DNA of 64,000 nucleotides from the human T2T-CHM13v2.0 reference genome, Homo sapiens, in the NCBI RefSeq assembly GCF_009914755.1, contig NC_060933.1; one strand, 5' to 3'. The translations under genes and the position numbers were made by a program. Below are positions 32,972-50,524 of this stretch, one piece after another. Under the pieces are notes generated by a model. The model was given only the letters and a program-made list of their open reading frames with translations. It had not been told where the DNA came from and did no database searches. Position 1 is the stretch's first letter. Each line of letters opens with the position of its first letter.

Positions 32972-34860
32972 ATGGAGCGTTCTTGCTGCCGTCTGAAGAG
33001 CTAAAGCCGTAGGATTCTGCAGTGGGGCAGGGGTGGAGAGGGAACAGCCCTGGTGGCCTGGGAGGGGTCCGCTGGCCTCATGGGCTGGCCAGCATGCCCT
33101 ATCTCTATGTTCATTATTAAATCATCCTTTCTGATGGATGAGCTGAAAAGTGCTGTGTCGGGGGATCAGGTGGCCCAGGTGATGGTTTTCTGGTGAGATT
33201 GATGGTTCCTGAGGGTCAAATTCAGAGAGCGATCGCTTGGGAAAATTGATCCCACAGAAGAAGGGGAAATATCTGGGCTGGAGTGCAGCAGGAGCCCAGA
33301 CTGCCCGCCCAGGTCCAGATCCAGGCAGAGGCTGGTGCCAGGAGGGCACGTGGCAAAGGGGGCTTCTTTCTTCTTCTGTGGCTGCATTTCCTTGGCTGTG
33401 GCTGGGCCACAGAATTGGTAAGCAGGGCCATGGGCAGCAGGCATGGGGGCATCTGGCTTAGTGGCCCCTTTCCTGGCCTTCTTTGTCCCCATGGAATGGA
33501 CGCGAAGCCAGCACTGAGAGAGACGCAGGCAGCAGGTGGCTGTGAGATCCAGCTCTAGTGCCATGCAGCCCCGAGTGCCAAGCCTGCTTCTTCCACCCAC
33601 AGCCCTGGCCCTTGACCCATCTGAGCCTCGCATTCTCACCTGTAAAGTGGGAAGGACAGTGCCTTCTGCGTTTTCACGAGGATTTGTTTAATAATGCATG
33701 GCGTCTGTCCACGTAGGAGCACTCAGCAAATTATTTCTATGTGCTTGCTTATTTATTTCATTTACTTCATCTCCCGAGGGCCTTCCAGAATAGGGCAGAG
33801 AAATCACAGAAGGCAGGCAGCCTGAGGCAGGGAGGGGAAGGGTGTGCCTGTGTCTGGGGGAGCTGTGGGGTGGCTGCAGTTCCAGGAGCCTGAGTCTATC
33901 CAAGAGCCAGCACACTGAGACTCTTCAGGCTCTGCCCACTGCCTGCCCACTTCCTAAAGTGGGGTTCACCAGCTGTGTGGCCTTGGGCAAGTTGCTTAAC
34001 TTCTCTTGCCTCATTTCCTTGTCTGTGAAATAGAGATAGTCATAGTATACTCTGCATAAGGTTCCTGTGAAGAGGTGATAACTTCACTTGTTGAAAGCTC
34101 TGAGGATCCCTGGCTCTAGGAGCTCCTGAGTATAAGAAATGGAAAACTGGCATGTCCTAGGCACCTGTTTGTCTCATGCAAGAGCTTTATAGACCGTCTC
34201 CCACTTGATCCTTCCAACAACTCCATGAGGCAGGTGTTACTGCCATCCTTATTTTACAGATTAGAAAACAGGCCAAGTGAAATTCAGCAACTTTCCTGAG
34301 GTCACACAGTCGTTGGCAGAACATCCCAGGCCAGTGGGGCCCAGGGGATGGGGTTACCATCTCTCAGTCACCCAGAAAGACAAAAGGAAGGCACACAAAC
34401 CCCAGTGGGCACCGCTCTGTGCCAGGGCTTTTGTTTCACCCCAACCGTGATGAGTGTGGGTGATGTGGCCGGTGTGGTCCATATCGCTCCTCAGGGCCAG
34501 TGTCACTGGTGTGCGTGGCAGCCTGTGGCATACACAAGATATTGTTTCCCGCTCTTCAGGTGAGAAAAGCGAGACTCAGGTTGGCTAAGAATTTGTGCAG
34601 GCCACACAGCTGTGTGCACCATGAGCTGGGCAGAAGCCCTGCCCACCAGCACCATGGGGGCTCCCGGCTCCTGCCACACAGGCCACCCGGGAGTGCAGAC
34701 ACTAAGTGTGGCTCTGAATCGAGCTGCTTGGATTCAAGTCCTGCGTCTGCCCCTTACCAGCTGTGGAACCTCAGGCAGCTCACTTCACCACCCCAAGTCT
34801 CAGTTTCCCCATCTGCACAACGAAGATAATAATGACATGTCATTCAGGGGATTGCTGTGA

Positions 34861-35344
<484 letters not shown>

Positions 35345-35419
35345 TAGGAGAGATACTGCAAGAAAAGCCTGGAAGCTGTAAGCCCTTCCCTGTTTCCACA
35401 CATCCCGATCATTCATTCA

Positions 35420-37360
<1,941 letters not shown>

Positions 37361-39320
37361 TTATTTATTTATTTGTTTACCTAATAATTTCTTTAAATTA
37401 ATATACTTTAAAAATTTGGTTTCACTTAGGCAGTATTTTTGTGATCCCAGGTCTTATGAGTCTGACATTAAAAAAAACATACTGTGTATTCAAAAACAAA
37501 TAATAGCCTGTAGAGCTGTTTTACAGTCCATGCGCCCATCTCCCCCAGTCATCTCGTACATCCCACTTTGGGAGCCAGTGCTGATCATGATGAGTTTTAT
37601 GGGGAGGGAGAGTGTAGCAGGGGCTGATTTGAGGTAGGGGTTGTGAAAGGCCTCCCCAAAGAAGTGGCATTTGGCCTAGAATCTGACACCACCTCTAAAT
37701 ATTAGCTCTAGGAGAAGGGGCAGAGCCTGTAGTACATTCCAGGCAGAGGGAACAGCATGTGCAAAGGCCCAGAGAAAAGCAAGATCAGAACATCTGCTGG
37801 ACAGAGACATGGAGAGAGAGACAAAGAGACAGGAGAAGACGGAGACATGGAGAGAGGGGCACTGAGAGAGCCAGAGAAGCCAAGAGGTCATACACAAACA
37901 CCATGTCCACACACACCGACACAGAGGCAGTACCACCCACAGTGACCTGCAAAAGTCAGAGAGACCAGAAGCACCTGCATTGACCAGGTGCCATGTGTGT
38001 GCCAGCCTTGCCAGCCTTTCCCCACACAGTGCCAGCTCCTCCCTGCAGCCCTGCTAGACAGGGCAATTCTCTCCTTTGGAAGAGGAGGCACTGTGCTTGT
38101 TCTGGGGCTCAGCCAGCGAGTTGAAGAGGCCGGGACATCTTCTCCTGTTCCCGAGGAAGACAGGACTGATAGGAGGGGCTGGCCAGGATGGAGCCTGGGC
38201 AGAGCCAGCTGGGGAGGGACGTCTGGATTTGGGTCAGGAGAAACCAACTGTATGACTTTGGGCGACTTCTCCCTACCAGCACCACCCAGCCTGTCCAGCT
38301 CTGACATCCAATGGCTACCTATTATCACTGTTACAATATGCTTCTTGGATTCGGCCGGTCTTCTATGCATCTTTACTAAGCCAAGGTCAATGTTATCACC
38401 CAAAGTTGATGGCAATCTTTTCTTTCGGTAGCTGATATCTAAAAATATCCCTTCCTCAGGCCAGCAGTGCGGAGCACAGCCCCGGTTCCGTACAGCTGAG
38501 GTGTTCCTCTCCAGCCAGCTCAGGGGGGTGTTAGATAGGAATTCAGAAGTTGCGAATTAAAACCTCCCCAGGTCAGATTTTGCAGACAAACTCTTGTTAG
38601 ACAAAGTCAGACAGGTTTCTTCCCTGCAGGTCTTGTCAGAGCCTTTAATCTGCTGAGATGTATTATGACCCTCAGTGGAGTGAGGTAGGATCAAGGAGCA
38701 GATGTCAGGGGATTTGGAGAGCATCATATGCTTGACCAAAAAGGTTTAAGCACAGAAACTTTCTGTGCCAAGGACCATCTCTGGGATCTGGCATCTCCAG
38801 AAAGAAGGGCCGCCCGTACCAATAGGTGCCTGCTGTCCCCCTCTGTGCCTTTCCCAGAGCTAAGCACATAGCAGTCCTGCAGCACGCATGTGGCAATGGA
38901 GGGATGAGAATGCCAGGGAAAGAGTGAACAGGCTTTTTAATGCTCTATTTATTTCAGCTTGGTGTTCCAGTAAAACCTCGGCAGGGTTAGTGTCCAGGCT
39001 CTCAGGGGAAGATGGAGTTAAAATCACACAGACTTCAGCGGTGGCTAGTGCTGCTGGCCAGGGCTCTTGCTCTGCCTCAGAATTCTGTTCCAGAGAATTC
39101 CAGAGACGTCCTTCGTCCTGGGAACTGAGCATCACGGCACAGTGGATACATGTAACCTAAAGCGGTGGGTTCCTGAGTGCCCCCTCTCCCACGGCCCACC
39201 CAGGACCTGCAGGATTCTCTCCTCCTCCTGGGAGGAAAGGCGTCAGCTCAGAAACTCACTGCCTTCTCCACTCTGGCCTGACCTCATGTTTCTAAATAAC
39301 ATTTCTAAAACATGGACTTT

Positions 39321-39640
<320 letters not shown>

Positions 39641-40100
39641 TTACCATAATTTCCCTAACCATTCTGCAGGATAATTCGAGGACAGAGAGAAGACCCCAAG
39701 GAGGAAGGCAGCCCTGGTTACCAAAGCTGGCAGATGGGGGTTAGCTGGAAGCCCCAGGGCTGGTGGACGCAGGGGCCGCTGTTTCCCCACCCAGATCCTT
39801 GCTCTGGAAGGCGGCCCCCAGGGGACCCTTCATTCCCACTCAGACAGGGACAGAGGCGGGACAGAGCCGAGGGAGGAGGGCTCAGATGAAGCACCTGGCA
39901 GGACTGAGATATGAGGGAGGCCGGATGCGAGGAGGGAGCTCTGCAGCCTGTGGTGTCCAGGAGGATTTGGGGAGTGTGAGGTGAGAAAACAAAAAGCGTC
40001 ACCCCTCCCAGTGGAAGGGGAGCATGAAGAGAGAAGAAAATGCCAGTTACACATCCTCAAAACAATCTCTGAATGGACGAGAGCCAGTCAGGGGGAAACG

Positions 40101-40181
40101 GAAGTTGCAGTGAGCCAAGATTGTGCCACGGCACTCCAGCCTGGGTGACAGAGTGAGACTCTGTCTCAAAACACAAAAAGA
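40101..40181 (+). mobile_element. 81-bp Alu 3' fragment, near-identical to 39545-39625
   Basis: 77/81 identity by manual alignment. Confidence 0.9.
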
Positions 40182-40659
40182 TGCCGCACACCCCAGGCGG
40201 GACGGGTGGGCCCAGGTGCCCTGCCCTGGTCCAGGCCTCTATTCGCAGGATCTCACTGATCTCTCCCTGCCCAGGCTTTTGTCTCCCAGACAAACCAGTC
40301 TCCATGAAGCAGCCACAGCGTTATAAAATATGGCCCAGAGCAGGACACGCCTAACCAGTCAAAGGCTTGCAGAGTAAAATCCCGCCTCCGTCTCCTGGTC
40401 TGGCCTCCTCCACCCCCCAGCCTCATTGCAGACCTCACGGGTGGAACTTCTTTCAGCCCTAGGGCTTTCCTCATGCTCTTGCCTCTTTCTAGAAGGTTCT
40501 CCCCTTCTGGCCTGGCAACTCTTGATCGTCCTTCAGGTCTTAGTTTAAAACTGTTCTTCCTGGAAACTGTGGACTCCCGTGATGCCTTCTTCTTTGCACA
40601 ACCCGTGGGCTCTTTTAACAGTTGAACACTGGAAGAGGTGTGTGATTCGTATTGTTATA

Positions 40660-40975
40660 ATTAATAGACTTTATTTTTAGAGCAGTTTTAAGTTTACAGA
40701 AAATTGAGCAGATAGTACAGAAAGTTCCCATTTCCCCACCCCCCTGCACAGTTTCCCCTATTTTGGAGTATATGTGTTACAATGATGAGCTAACACTGAT
40801 ACAGTGTCATTCACTAGGGCCTGTTATTTACATTAGGACTCACTCTGTGTTGGACACTTCAGTGGGTTTTGCCATATGCATAATGCCACATATCTACCAT
40901 TGTGGCATCATAAAGAATGGTTTCACCGCCCTAAAAATCCCTGTGTGCCACCTATTTATCCTCCCTCCCTGTCCC
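40660..40975 (-). mobile_element. L1MC/MD-type 3' end
   Basis: Same 3' terminus motif as at 11628. Confidence 0.75.
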
Positions 40976-41346
40976 CTCCAATCACTGATTTTGTTCATTG
41001 TCTCCCTGCTAGACCCGAAGCACCATCAGGTCAGGGAGCCATCTGCTTTGTTGACATTATACTCACTGTTCCCAGCTCAGAGCCCCTGCCACATAACAGG
41101 TGCCTGATAAATATTTTTCTTTGCATATTTTAATAAAAATAGGATTCTACTAAACCCATTGCTCTGCAATTTGCTTTTTCCAAATATTGACAATATATCT
41201 TGGAAATCTTCCCATATCAGAATATAGAGCACACTCTGTCTCTCTTTCACTTTTTATTATGGAGAATTTCCAACACAAAAGAAGATGGTGTCTGCCATGA
41301 TGAACCTCTGTGTACCTCTCACCCGACTGCAGTTACCAACTAGTGA

Positions 41347-42068
<722 letters not shown>

Positions 42069-43161
42069 GTGTGGTTCTCTAAAAGATAAGGACTTTAAAA
42101 AACATAACCACAATATCATCATCACACCTAGTAAACATTAGTATCTAATATAGGCAATGTCCAAATTTCCAGTTATCTCATAAATATACGTTCCATTTGT
42201 TTGCGTGTTTGATTTTACAGGATGTTTGAACCAAGGACCAGAGGAGCTTCACTTCTGCCATTAATTGGTATGCTTTTGAGGTTTCTCTTGCTCTAGGTCC
42301 ATCCTTTTTCCGTATCAATTTTTTCTCCACGCAACTCATCTGTTGGAAGAAGTGGGTCATTACTGCCGGAGTTTCCTCGAGTCCAGATCTTGCGGATGGC
42401 ATCCCCTGGTGTCGTTCAGGGTGATGCTCTGTCCTCTGTCTTTCCTGTGCGCTCACAGCTGGGTCTAGAGGCTTGATCTGATTCAGGTTCAGTTGCTTTG
42501 GCTTCGGGTGGGGGTGTGTTCTTCTAGAGACGCTCACTGTCTGCTGGCCTCTCAGTGGGAAGTTCTGGGCTGGTGCGGCTCAGTGCCTGGAGCTATGCAT
42601 TCATCAGGGACTGCAAATTCTCTCGTGAAATGCTTCTATAAAAAGAAGCTTCCCCTCATCAACTTTCGGTTACCCCGAGGTACAGTTTATATAGGACAGG
42701 CAGGATAAATGCTTGATTCTTTCCCTTTATTTACCAGTTTTCAGAATAATGAGTCGCCTATAAATATTTGAATGAATGGATGAATAATACACCTGTGAAT
42801 GAACTGACGGGGGTGTGGGAGTTGGGGGTTCTATCTGTTGCCCTCAAGGGCGTGGCTGTGGGCCACAACCTGACAGCAGAGGTCCAGCCTGAAGCCAGGT
42901 GCCTTTCTACACAATGAAGTGCAGCCCATGGCCAAGTCTCTGTCTACACCAGGTGCTGGCAGCAGCCTCTGTCACCCATCAACCCACATCAGTCAAAGGC
43001 TAGGGTGATCAGAAGCTGCATTACTAAGAATCTAGCATCTGGGACAAGGCAGTATCATCACTCTCCCCAACTGAGATGTGAGGAATCCTTGAAACCAGCA
43101 TCAGAGCAGAGAGGAGAGCCGCGCAGTGACTGCAGGTGTGGCCTTTGGAACACGGCGTTGA

Positions 43162-43764
<603 letters not shown>

Positions 43765-44933
43765 CTTGTTCTACAGCTCCCAAACGCCAGGTCTCATAAC
43801 AAGTCCCTCTAGCATACCTGCATCCTGCTGAATGCTAAGCTGCCCTTCCAGCCCTGGTCCACAGGGAAACCCGAGAGGAGCTGCTCAGCAGCATTCCTGC
43901 AACCCTTCGCCTTCTTGACCCTGAAGGCTGGCAGGTGGCCCCCATGGGATGGCAGGGAGTGATGGGGTGGGACCCCCACTTCAGGTGAGGGGATCAGTAG
44001 CATCATCCCTGATCATAAGCATCTCTGGGGTGTTTGGAGCGAGCCACCAAGGCCAAGTGCTGCGTGTTCAGCACTCACCTCCATCCTCAGAGCAACCCCT
44101 GGGAACTGAGCTTCCGTTATCCCTTTTTACAGATGTGTCCTCTACGGCCTGCACCAGAGTCCCCCCGCACGTGCTCTCTGCCCACCCCTCTCCTGTCCTC
44201 GCCCAGCCATGCCAGGGAGCCATCCTCAGGGCCTGCCCACTCACATCTGCATCATAGACCCCCTTCTGAGGACCACCCACCCGGGCGCGCTAGCGTAGTC
44301 CACACTGTCTCCATGAAATCAGAATGCCAGGAAGCCCCTGGGCTGCAAGTGGAGAAGGCCACAGACTGCCCCTGGGGTGGGCTCTCCCTGACCCCCACCA
44401 CTGCCACTTTACGGCCGTTCTCAAGTGTGTGGTTGGTGTCCGAGGCCCTCCTAGGCACTTTGTGCATCTCGCTTCACCCTCACACAGCCCCGCAGGGTGG
44501 AGTCCTTATTACGGTCCCTTCTCCAGATGAGCAGACTGAGGCCCAGCGAACCTCGGGGCCCTCCCAGGTTTCACAGTGAGTTGCATGCCAACGCCAGGGC
44601 TTAGGGCAGCTACTGGATCTGATGCTCAGACCAGGCCTGGGCAGTGGCCTCCTGCACCCCATCTGGGCATCCTCCCTCGACGGGTGAAAGATTTATGTGA
44701 CTTTAGGCTGATCAAAGCTGAGAGCCACGTGCAGAGGCCATGACAGGCATGTCACGCGTGTGCTACAGCAGGCGGTGAGACAGGCCTTTGAAGGGGTGAC
44801 TTGGCAGGCACCCGACAGCACTCTCGGGTCTTCAAAGGCACAAAGAGCACTCCGGGGGCTGACAGCCCACTCCAGCCGCTGCCTCCTCCCAGCTTCCTGT
44901 CCCCATCTCTTTGTGGTCCAAACCCTTTCCTGA

Positions 44934-45419
<486 letters not shown>

Positions 45420-47069
45420 TGAGACTCTTACCTGCCAGTCACACCTAGGAGGATCCACTGTCCCCACCCTCACCCCCAGTCACCACCTCCAGTCTAGCCA
45501 GCGATGGATAGACAGGCCTGTAGGGGCTGGGCAGCTGGGTCTTCCTTACTTAGGGGAGACTCCTGAGCTGGCCCCACCTCCTGCTTCCCTGGGAGTCCCC
45601 GGGAATTGCCTTTGAGGCCCCCAAGCCCCAGGAAGGAGGGGTTTCTTCTGGCATTTGCAGGGTCACAGGTGAGGCTGGAGGCGCTGCTGTCCTCAGCACC
45701 CAAGTCTCCTGCCTTCTCTGGGGTGCCAGCAGGAAACAGCCCAAAGAGACACAGAGGCTAATTTTGCCCTCACCCTGCCCCTACCGTGACCCCTCCTCAG
45801 TAAGTGGCACCGACACCCACGGGGCCAAGTGCAAGTCTGGGGGTCACCTTGACTGGAGACCCTCCTCCCGCCACGTTCTTTGAACTTCCCTCCATCCGCT
45901 CCAAGTCTCTCCCAATGCCATCCTCAGCCCTGCAGCAGCCCTCACTCCCGATGCCTTCCCACCTCCTCACCACTCTGCCCCCACCTGGCCAGCCCATCAC
46001 CCTCCAGGGCCCAACTTGGAGCCCCCAGGACCTCCCCGTGCCCTGCCTGATGTCCCGCCTGTCCCCACAGAGCCTCACTTGGTCACCACCCAGTCCTGGC
46101 CCTTGCTTACTGTGGCTGCACCCCGAGGTGTCCTCAGGGTCTAGCAGGTGGCTGCCCAGACATGGAGGTGGAGGAAGGAGTGGGTGGGGATGGGCTTGTC
46201 CTCCCAGGCCTCCCTGCCTGTCCTGCTGGCCACAGCCTTGGCTTGCCCAGGAGAAGCCCATGGGCCACACATCCCACTGCCAATCCCACAGCGTCCTTTC
46301 TCGGGAACACCGTGGGGAAAGCTGTGGCACCAGCTCCTTCCTTTTGCAACTCTGATGAATCTCACCCAGGGATTTCAAGGCCCCTGGTCACACCAGGATC
46401 ATAGGCCTCCCCCATCCCCTGGACACACAGAGACACACCTGGATTCAGGTCAGGCCTCGCCCACTCTCGGCTATATTTCTCCCCAAGCCGTGTGTCCTCA
46501 GCTGTAGAATCAGGACCATAAGGAAGTTCCCTCATAGGGTTCTTGTGAGGACGGCACGATTTACGCAGGGGATGCTGACACCGTGCCTGGCACGTGGGAC
46601 GCACTCCACCCGCGGCAGCCGCTCCCATGGCTTCTCAGTGAGTTTTCCAGCCACACTGCACTTCTTAGACAGGAACACTCCATACGATGTCCCTGTCCTG
46701 CACTGGAGGGCCCAAAAATCTGAAATAAGAGGAGGAGTGCGTGTGAAGCTCCCAGTGGAGCGTTTGGCACCTGTCCAGCATGTCCCCAAGGGCAAGTCAC
46801 GGCTCTGAGATTCAGTGTCTCCTTCTGCAAAATGGGCCAATAGTGGTTCCTCCCTCCCAGGGCTGAAGTGAGGATGAAATGGGATAATCCACCCCCGTCC
46901 CCACACCCTGCAGGTCATCATGATTGCTAGCAGTTGTGTGGTGGAGCAGGTGCTCTTGAGGGAGCGACACCTCCAGGTGCTCCCCTGCCCTGCTGGCCCC
47001 TCTGCAGGGAGGTGACACCCAGGCCCCTTCCCCTGGGGCAGCCAGCTCACGCCCGTCTCTCTCCCACAG

Positions 47070-47093
47070 GTGCCGCTGCAGGTTCCTTTGGCA
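47070..47093 (+). CDS. NTNG2: Netrin-G2 24-nt microexon, (C)AAAGSFG
   Basis: Branch-like CTCAC 47046-47050, tctctctcccacAG| acceptor, consensus donor GCA|GTAAGT at 47094; completes the last Cys of LE1 (T+GT) and keeps frame to the LE2 exon (A+AC=Asn). Confidence 0.93.
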
Positions 47094-47792
47094 GTAAGTA
47101 CACGCCTGGGGAGGGTGGCCAGGGCCCCCACTGCACGAGCCTCTTTGCATGTCCTGGAAAAAGCTGGAGAGAAAAAAGGGGCTTCAGTGTCCCCTCTGGG
47201 ACTTGGGCCTATTCACTCCCTCCTCTAATTACACCCCATCTGCTTCTCCACCTCTCCCCCCTCCACCTCCCCCCCTCCACCCATCCCCACTTCACATCAT
47301 ATGCCATGTGTCATGTGTCATTTTGCTGTGGCCTGTGGCCCAGCAACTCTCAGGCTCTCCCAGGAGCTCCATCAGTGCTGCTTTGGAAAACGGGACAGGA
47401 CTTTTTGCAGGTCTCTTGGCCCCTGGGTGGGCTCCCTGCTCCTCCTGCCACCCACGCCACTTCTCTCACCTGGATCTGGGAGAGCAGTCTCTCCTGCCAG
47501 TCAAGAGTGGGGTGACCTTCCCCCACCAGGGGCAGAATCCACCCCCTAGCCTAACCATGGGGGCAGCCTCCCTCTGGGCAGCCTCTGCAGCCAGCTTGTC
47601 CCAGGGCTCTGCTCGTCCAGGTCAGCTCAGGTCCCAGGGGAGTCGGACCAGGGAGGGGCATCTGCAGGAGGTGGGGGTCCTGAGAGTTCCCCAGGAGGGC
47701 GAGGGCGACATGGCGCCCACAGGTTATCAGTAAATGTCATCGAGACTGTCCCCAGACACTCACAGGGTGCCAGGCACGGTCTCTCCTTTCAG

Positions 47793-48007
47793 CCTTGCAA
47801 ACCCCTCCCCCTGGGAGGTCGCCATCTGCTCTGCGAGGCAGCAGGAGAGGACTGGCCAATGTCAAAGAGCCAGCCGGGAGCAGACCCCAAATCTCAGAGA
47901 TGCTTCTGGGGTGCACCGTCACCCTCCACCAGGGCTCTGTGGGGCCCCACATCCCACCCAAGTTGTCCCTCCCGGACCCAGGGGGCCCCTGGCTGGGAAG
48001 CCAGTGA
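47793..48007 (+). CDS. NTNG2: Candidate alternative stop-containing exon of NTNG2 (coding part; exon would extend to donor after 48066)
   Basis: ctctcctttcAG| acceptor at 47791-47792 in phase 1; (T)LQTPPPGRSPSALRGSRRGLANVKEP...PGGPWLGSQ*, TGA 48005-48007; donor GTC|GTAAGT at 48067. I recall a short NTNG2 isoform with this C-terminus (unverified). Confidence 0.55.
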
Positions 48008-48140
48008 GCCGAGAGGGCGCCAGAAAGAAGCTGGACCCTGCAGGGACGCTGGTCTGCACAGCCGTCGTAAGTTGCTTCTCTGTGGTGTCCCCACCCCGGC
48101 AACCCCCCAACCCTCTCTTGCTTTTCCCATCTCTCACCAG

Positions 48141-48287
48141 GCATCAGCAGGTCCCAGAAAGACCCCGACCCCAAAGGCCCTGTGGCCACTGCGGCCACCA
48201 CAGCCATGACAGGGGCCCCTACTACTCCTGTCCCCTCCACGTCCACTGCCTGGGCCCCCATGGCGCCCAGCACCCCACAGCCCACAG
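48141..48287 (+). CDS. NTNG2: Candidate in-frame cassette exon, 147 nt, mucin-like Thr/Ser/Pro stalk
   Basis: Long pyrimidine tract + caccAG|, donor CAG|GTGGGT at 48288, phase 1-1, no stop; ISRSQKDPDPKGPVATAATTAMTGAPTTPVPSTSTAWAPMAPSTPQPT. Confidence 0.55.
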
Positions 48288-49761
48288 GTGGGTGCCAGGG
48301 TACAGCGACCCCTGTCATCCCACCCTCTCCTGCTTCTAGCCTGGGTCCCTGCCTCTCTTGGGGTGGGAGGGTCGGCAGCCCTGGGCAGAGAGCAGGGGCT
48401 TGGCTCTTAGAATAGAGACGCTAGAACCCTAGAGCTGGGAGGCCACAGGCCAAAGGGGCTTGAGGACACCTGGGTCAACCTGTTCCTGAGCCCAGCCAGG
48501 GGATTCAGGGATCAGTTCAGCTTCCAAAGTCGTCTTCCTCCTGCCCTTCAAGCCATTGCTTGGAAGGGCTCCCAGACCATTGTGGCCAGACGGCTGCAGG
48601 AACTGAGAGGAAAGGTGCTGGGGGCAGCGAGGCCATCCTGACATGCAGCCAAAGACTGGCCTTATCTCCCAATGGTGCTTCTGCCTCCGTGGTCCCTGGA
48701 GCCCCGCCCACACCCTGTCCCCACCTGGCCCCCAGGGCCTCTCTGTCCTTAGCCCCTCAGCAGCACACCGGTGGGATGGATGGAGCAGGGTTAGCCCAGA
48801 AAGCAAATGTCTCTGATCAGCAGGGCAAAGGGAGCCTCTGGAGCTGAGTTTGGACACCGTGGGCTGCTGGGAATGTGGAGGCTGTGTGTGTAGTGCAAGG
48901 CCAGGCCAGGGCCAGACGTCCTGCCCCCTCAGGGGTCTGCCACAGACAGGCATGGAAACCTGATTCTCGCTCCCCTCCAACGGAGGGATTCACGTGTATT
49001 CAAGGCTGGGGGTGCTGGAGTGGGCCTCTGCTCTCACCTGGACTCACCTGGGGAGTATCCCTGCACTCTGTGCAGTGCAGGTGCCAGGGGTCTGAAAGGA
49101 TTTATCCTTCCCAGAGGGCACCAGGAAGACGATGACCAAGGGGAATTCTTCCTGGTCCCAGCCAGGGAGGGGTGCTCCAATAGCCTGCCACACCCTGTCC
49201 CCCGCCACCCTGCAGGGAGGACCTGGTGGGGACTCCTGGCCCCTTGGGTAGTGCCCTGGCCCTCCATCTCTCTGATCCAAGGAGACCTGCCCCACTGATC
49301 CTTCCCCCTTGGGGGGTGGCATTTCTAAAGGGCAGAGTCCCCTCCATCAGCTCCTGCCTCGGCCTGTTGCTGGGTGGACACTCAGGCTCCCCAGACAGGG
49401 GCAAATGCTGAGAGAAAGACCTCCTCCTTCCTAGGCCATCCAGAGCAGCTCCCCTGGGGGCAGCACACCCCACCTCTTTCTACATCCTTCCTTTTCTGCA
49501 GGAGGCATTTACAGGAGGCAGGGGCTAGCCAAAAGATTGGAGGATTTCCGGGAAGCCTCCTGACCCAGGAATCCTCTTTGGGGTGGAAGACATGGGTCAC
49601 TCTGAGAATTCTGGACTTCAGACATAGGTTGGCCCAGCCACAAGGGACCTGTGCTTTGCTGCTGAGCCTGTGGTGGGCAGACAGAAGCAAAAACAGTGGT
49701 GGTGGGTGCTGTGCCTGTCTCCAAACAGGGGTTTGGCTGGGAGGCCAGATACTCTCCATAT

Positions 49762-49847
49762 CACATGTGCAAGTGCACACATGCACACACACACATGCAT
49801 GCACACACACAGGCATGCACACGCACATGTACACACACACACACACA
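49762..49847 (+). repeat. (CA)n degenerate microsatellite
   Basis: CACACACACATGCATGCACACACAC... Confidence 0.9.
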
Positions 49848-50524
49848 GAGGAATCCATTTGCAGAGCTGCTTCTGACTTGGTGCCAGGGCAGCCGTGGGA
49901 GGCTGGGCAGATTGTGCAAAGTTGGGAATTAAAGAGGAAAAGTCAGAGGCCAGAGTGGGAAATGCAGGGGAGGTGAGGGTCCCCAGGACCCCCTCAGTGA
50001 GCAGAAGGCACACCCTCCCTCTCGGCAAGACAGTGCTGCTCTGCACCCTCAGCCCTGTATCAAGAAGCAGGACATTAGGGGAGGAGGTGGCTCCAATGTG
50101 ACAGCCAGTGGCCCCTACAGCCCACATCTAGGGGCTCCTCCCTCCTCTTCAGCAACTGAAGCCCCTGTCCAGAGCCCCCATTAATGAAAACGATCATTGC
50201 AGTAGCTGAGGGTGAGTTCTCCTGGGCTGTGCTCGTATCATTGTATCATCATATCATTGTATTCTGGGCTCACAGCTCCGTGAGATGGAGGCTGTTATTT
50301 TCCTAGTCCCACAGGTGAGGGGATCGAGGCTTAGGAAGAAGCAGCTGGATTTTATGATATGTAAATTACACCTCAATCAAGCTGTTTCAGAAGAAAAAAG
50401 GGGCAGCTGCTCAAGGTCTCAGAATTATGGAGAGGCACGGGCAGGATTTGAACTCAGGGCTCGCCAACTCAGCCACCCAAAGCTATTGTCCTGAGGCCTC
50501 CAGGGGCTATGAGGTAGAGCTATC

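Noticed and set aside
38320-38830. Lower-GC unique stretch that might be a pseudogene fragment
   Set aside because: No recognisable protein, poly(A) tail or TSD; cannot be supported without a search.
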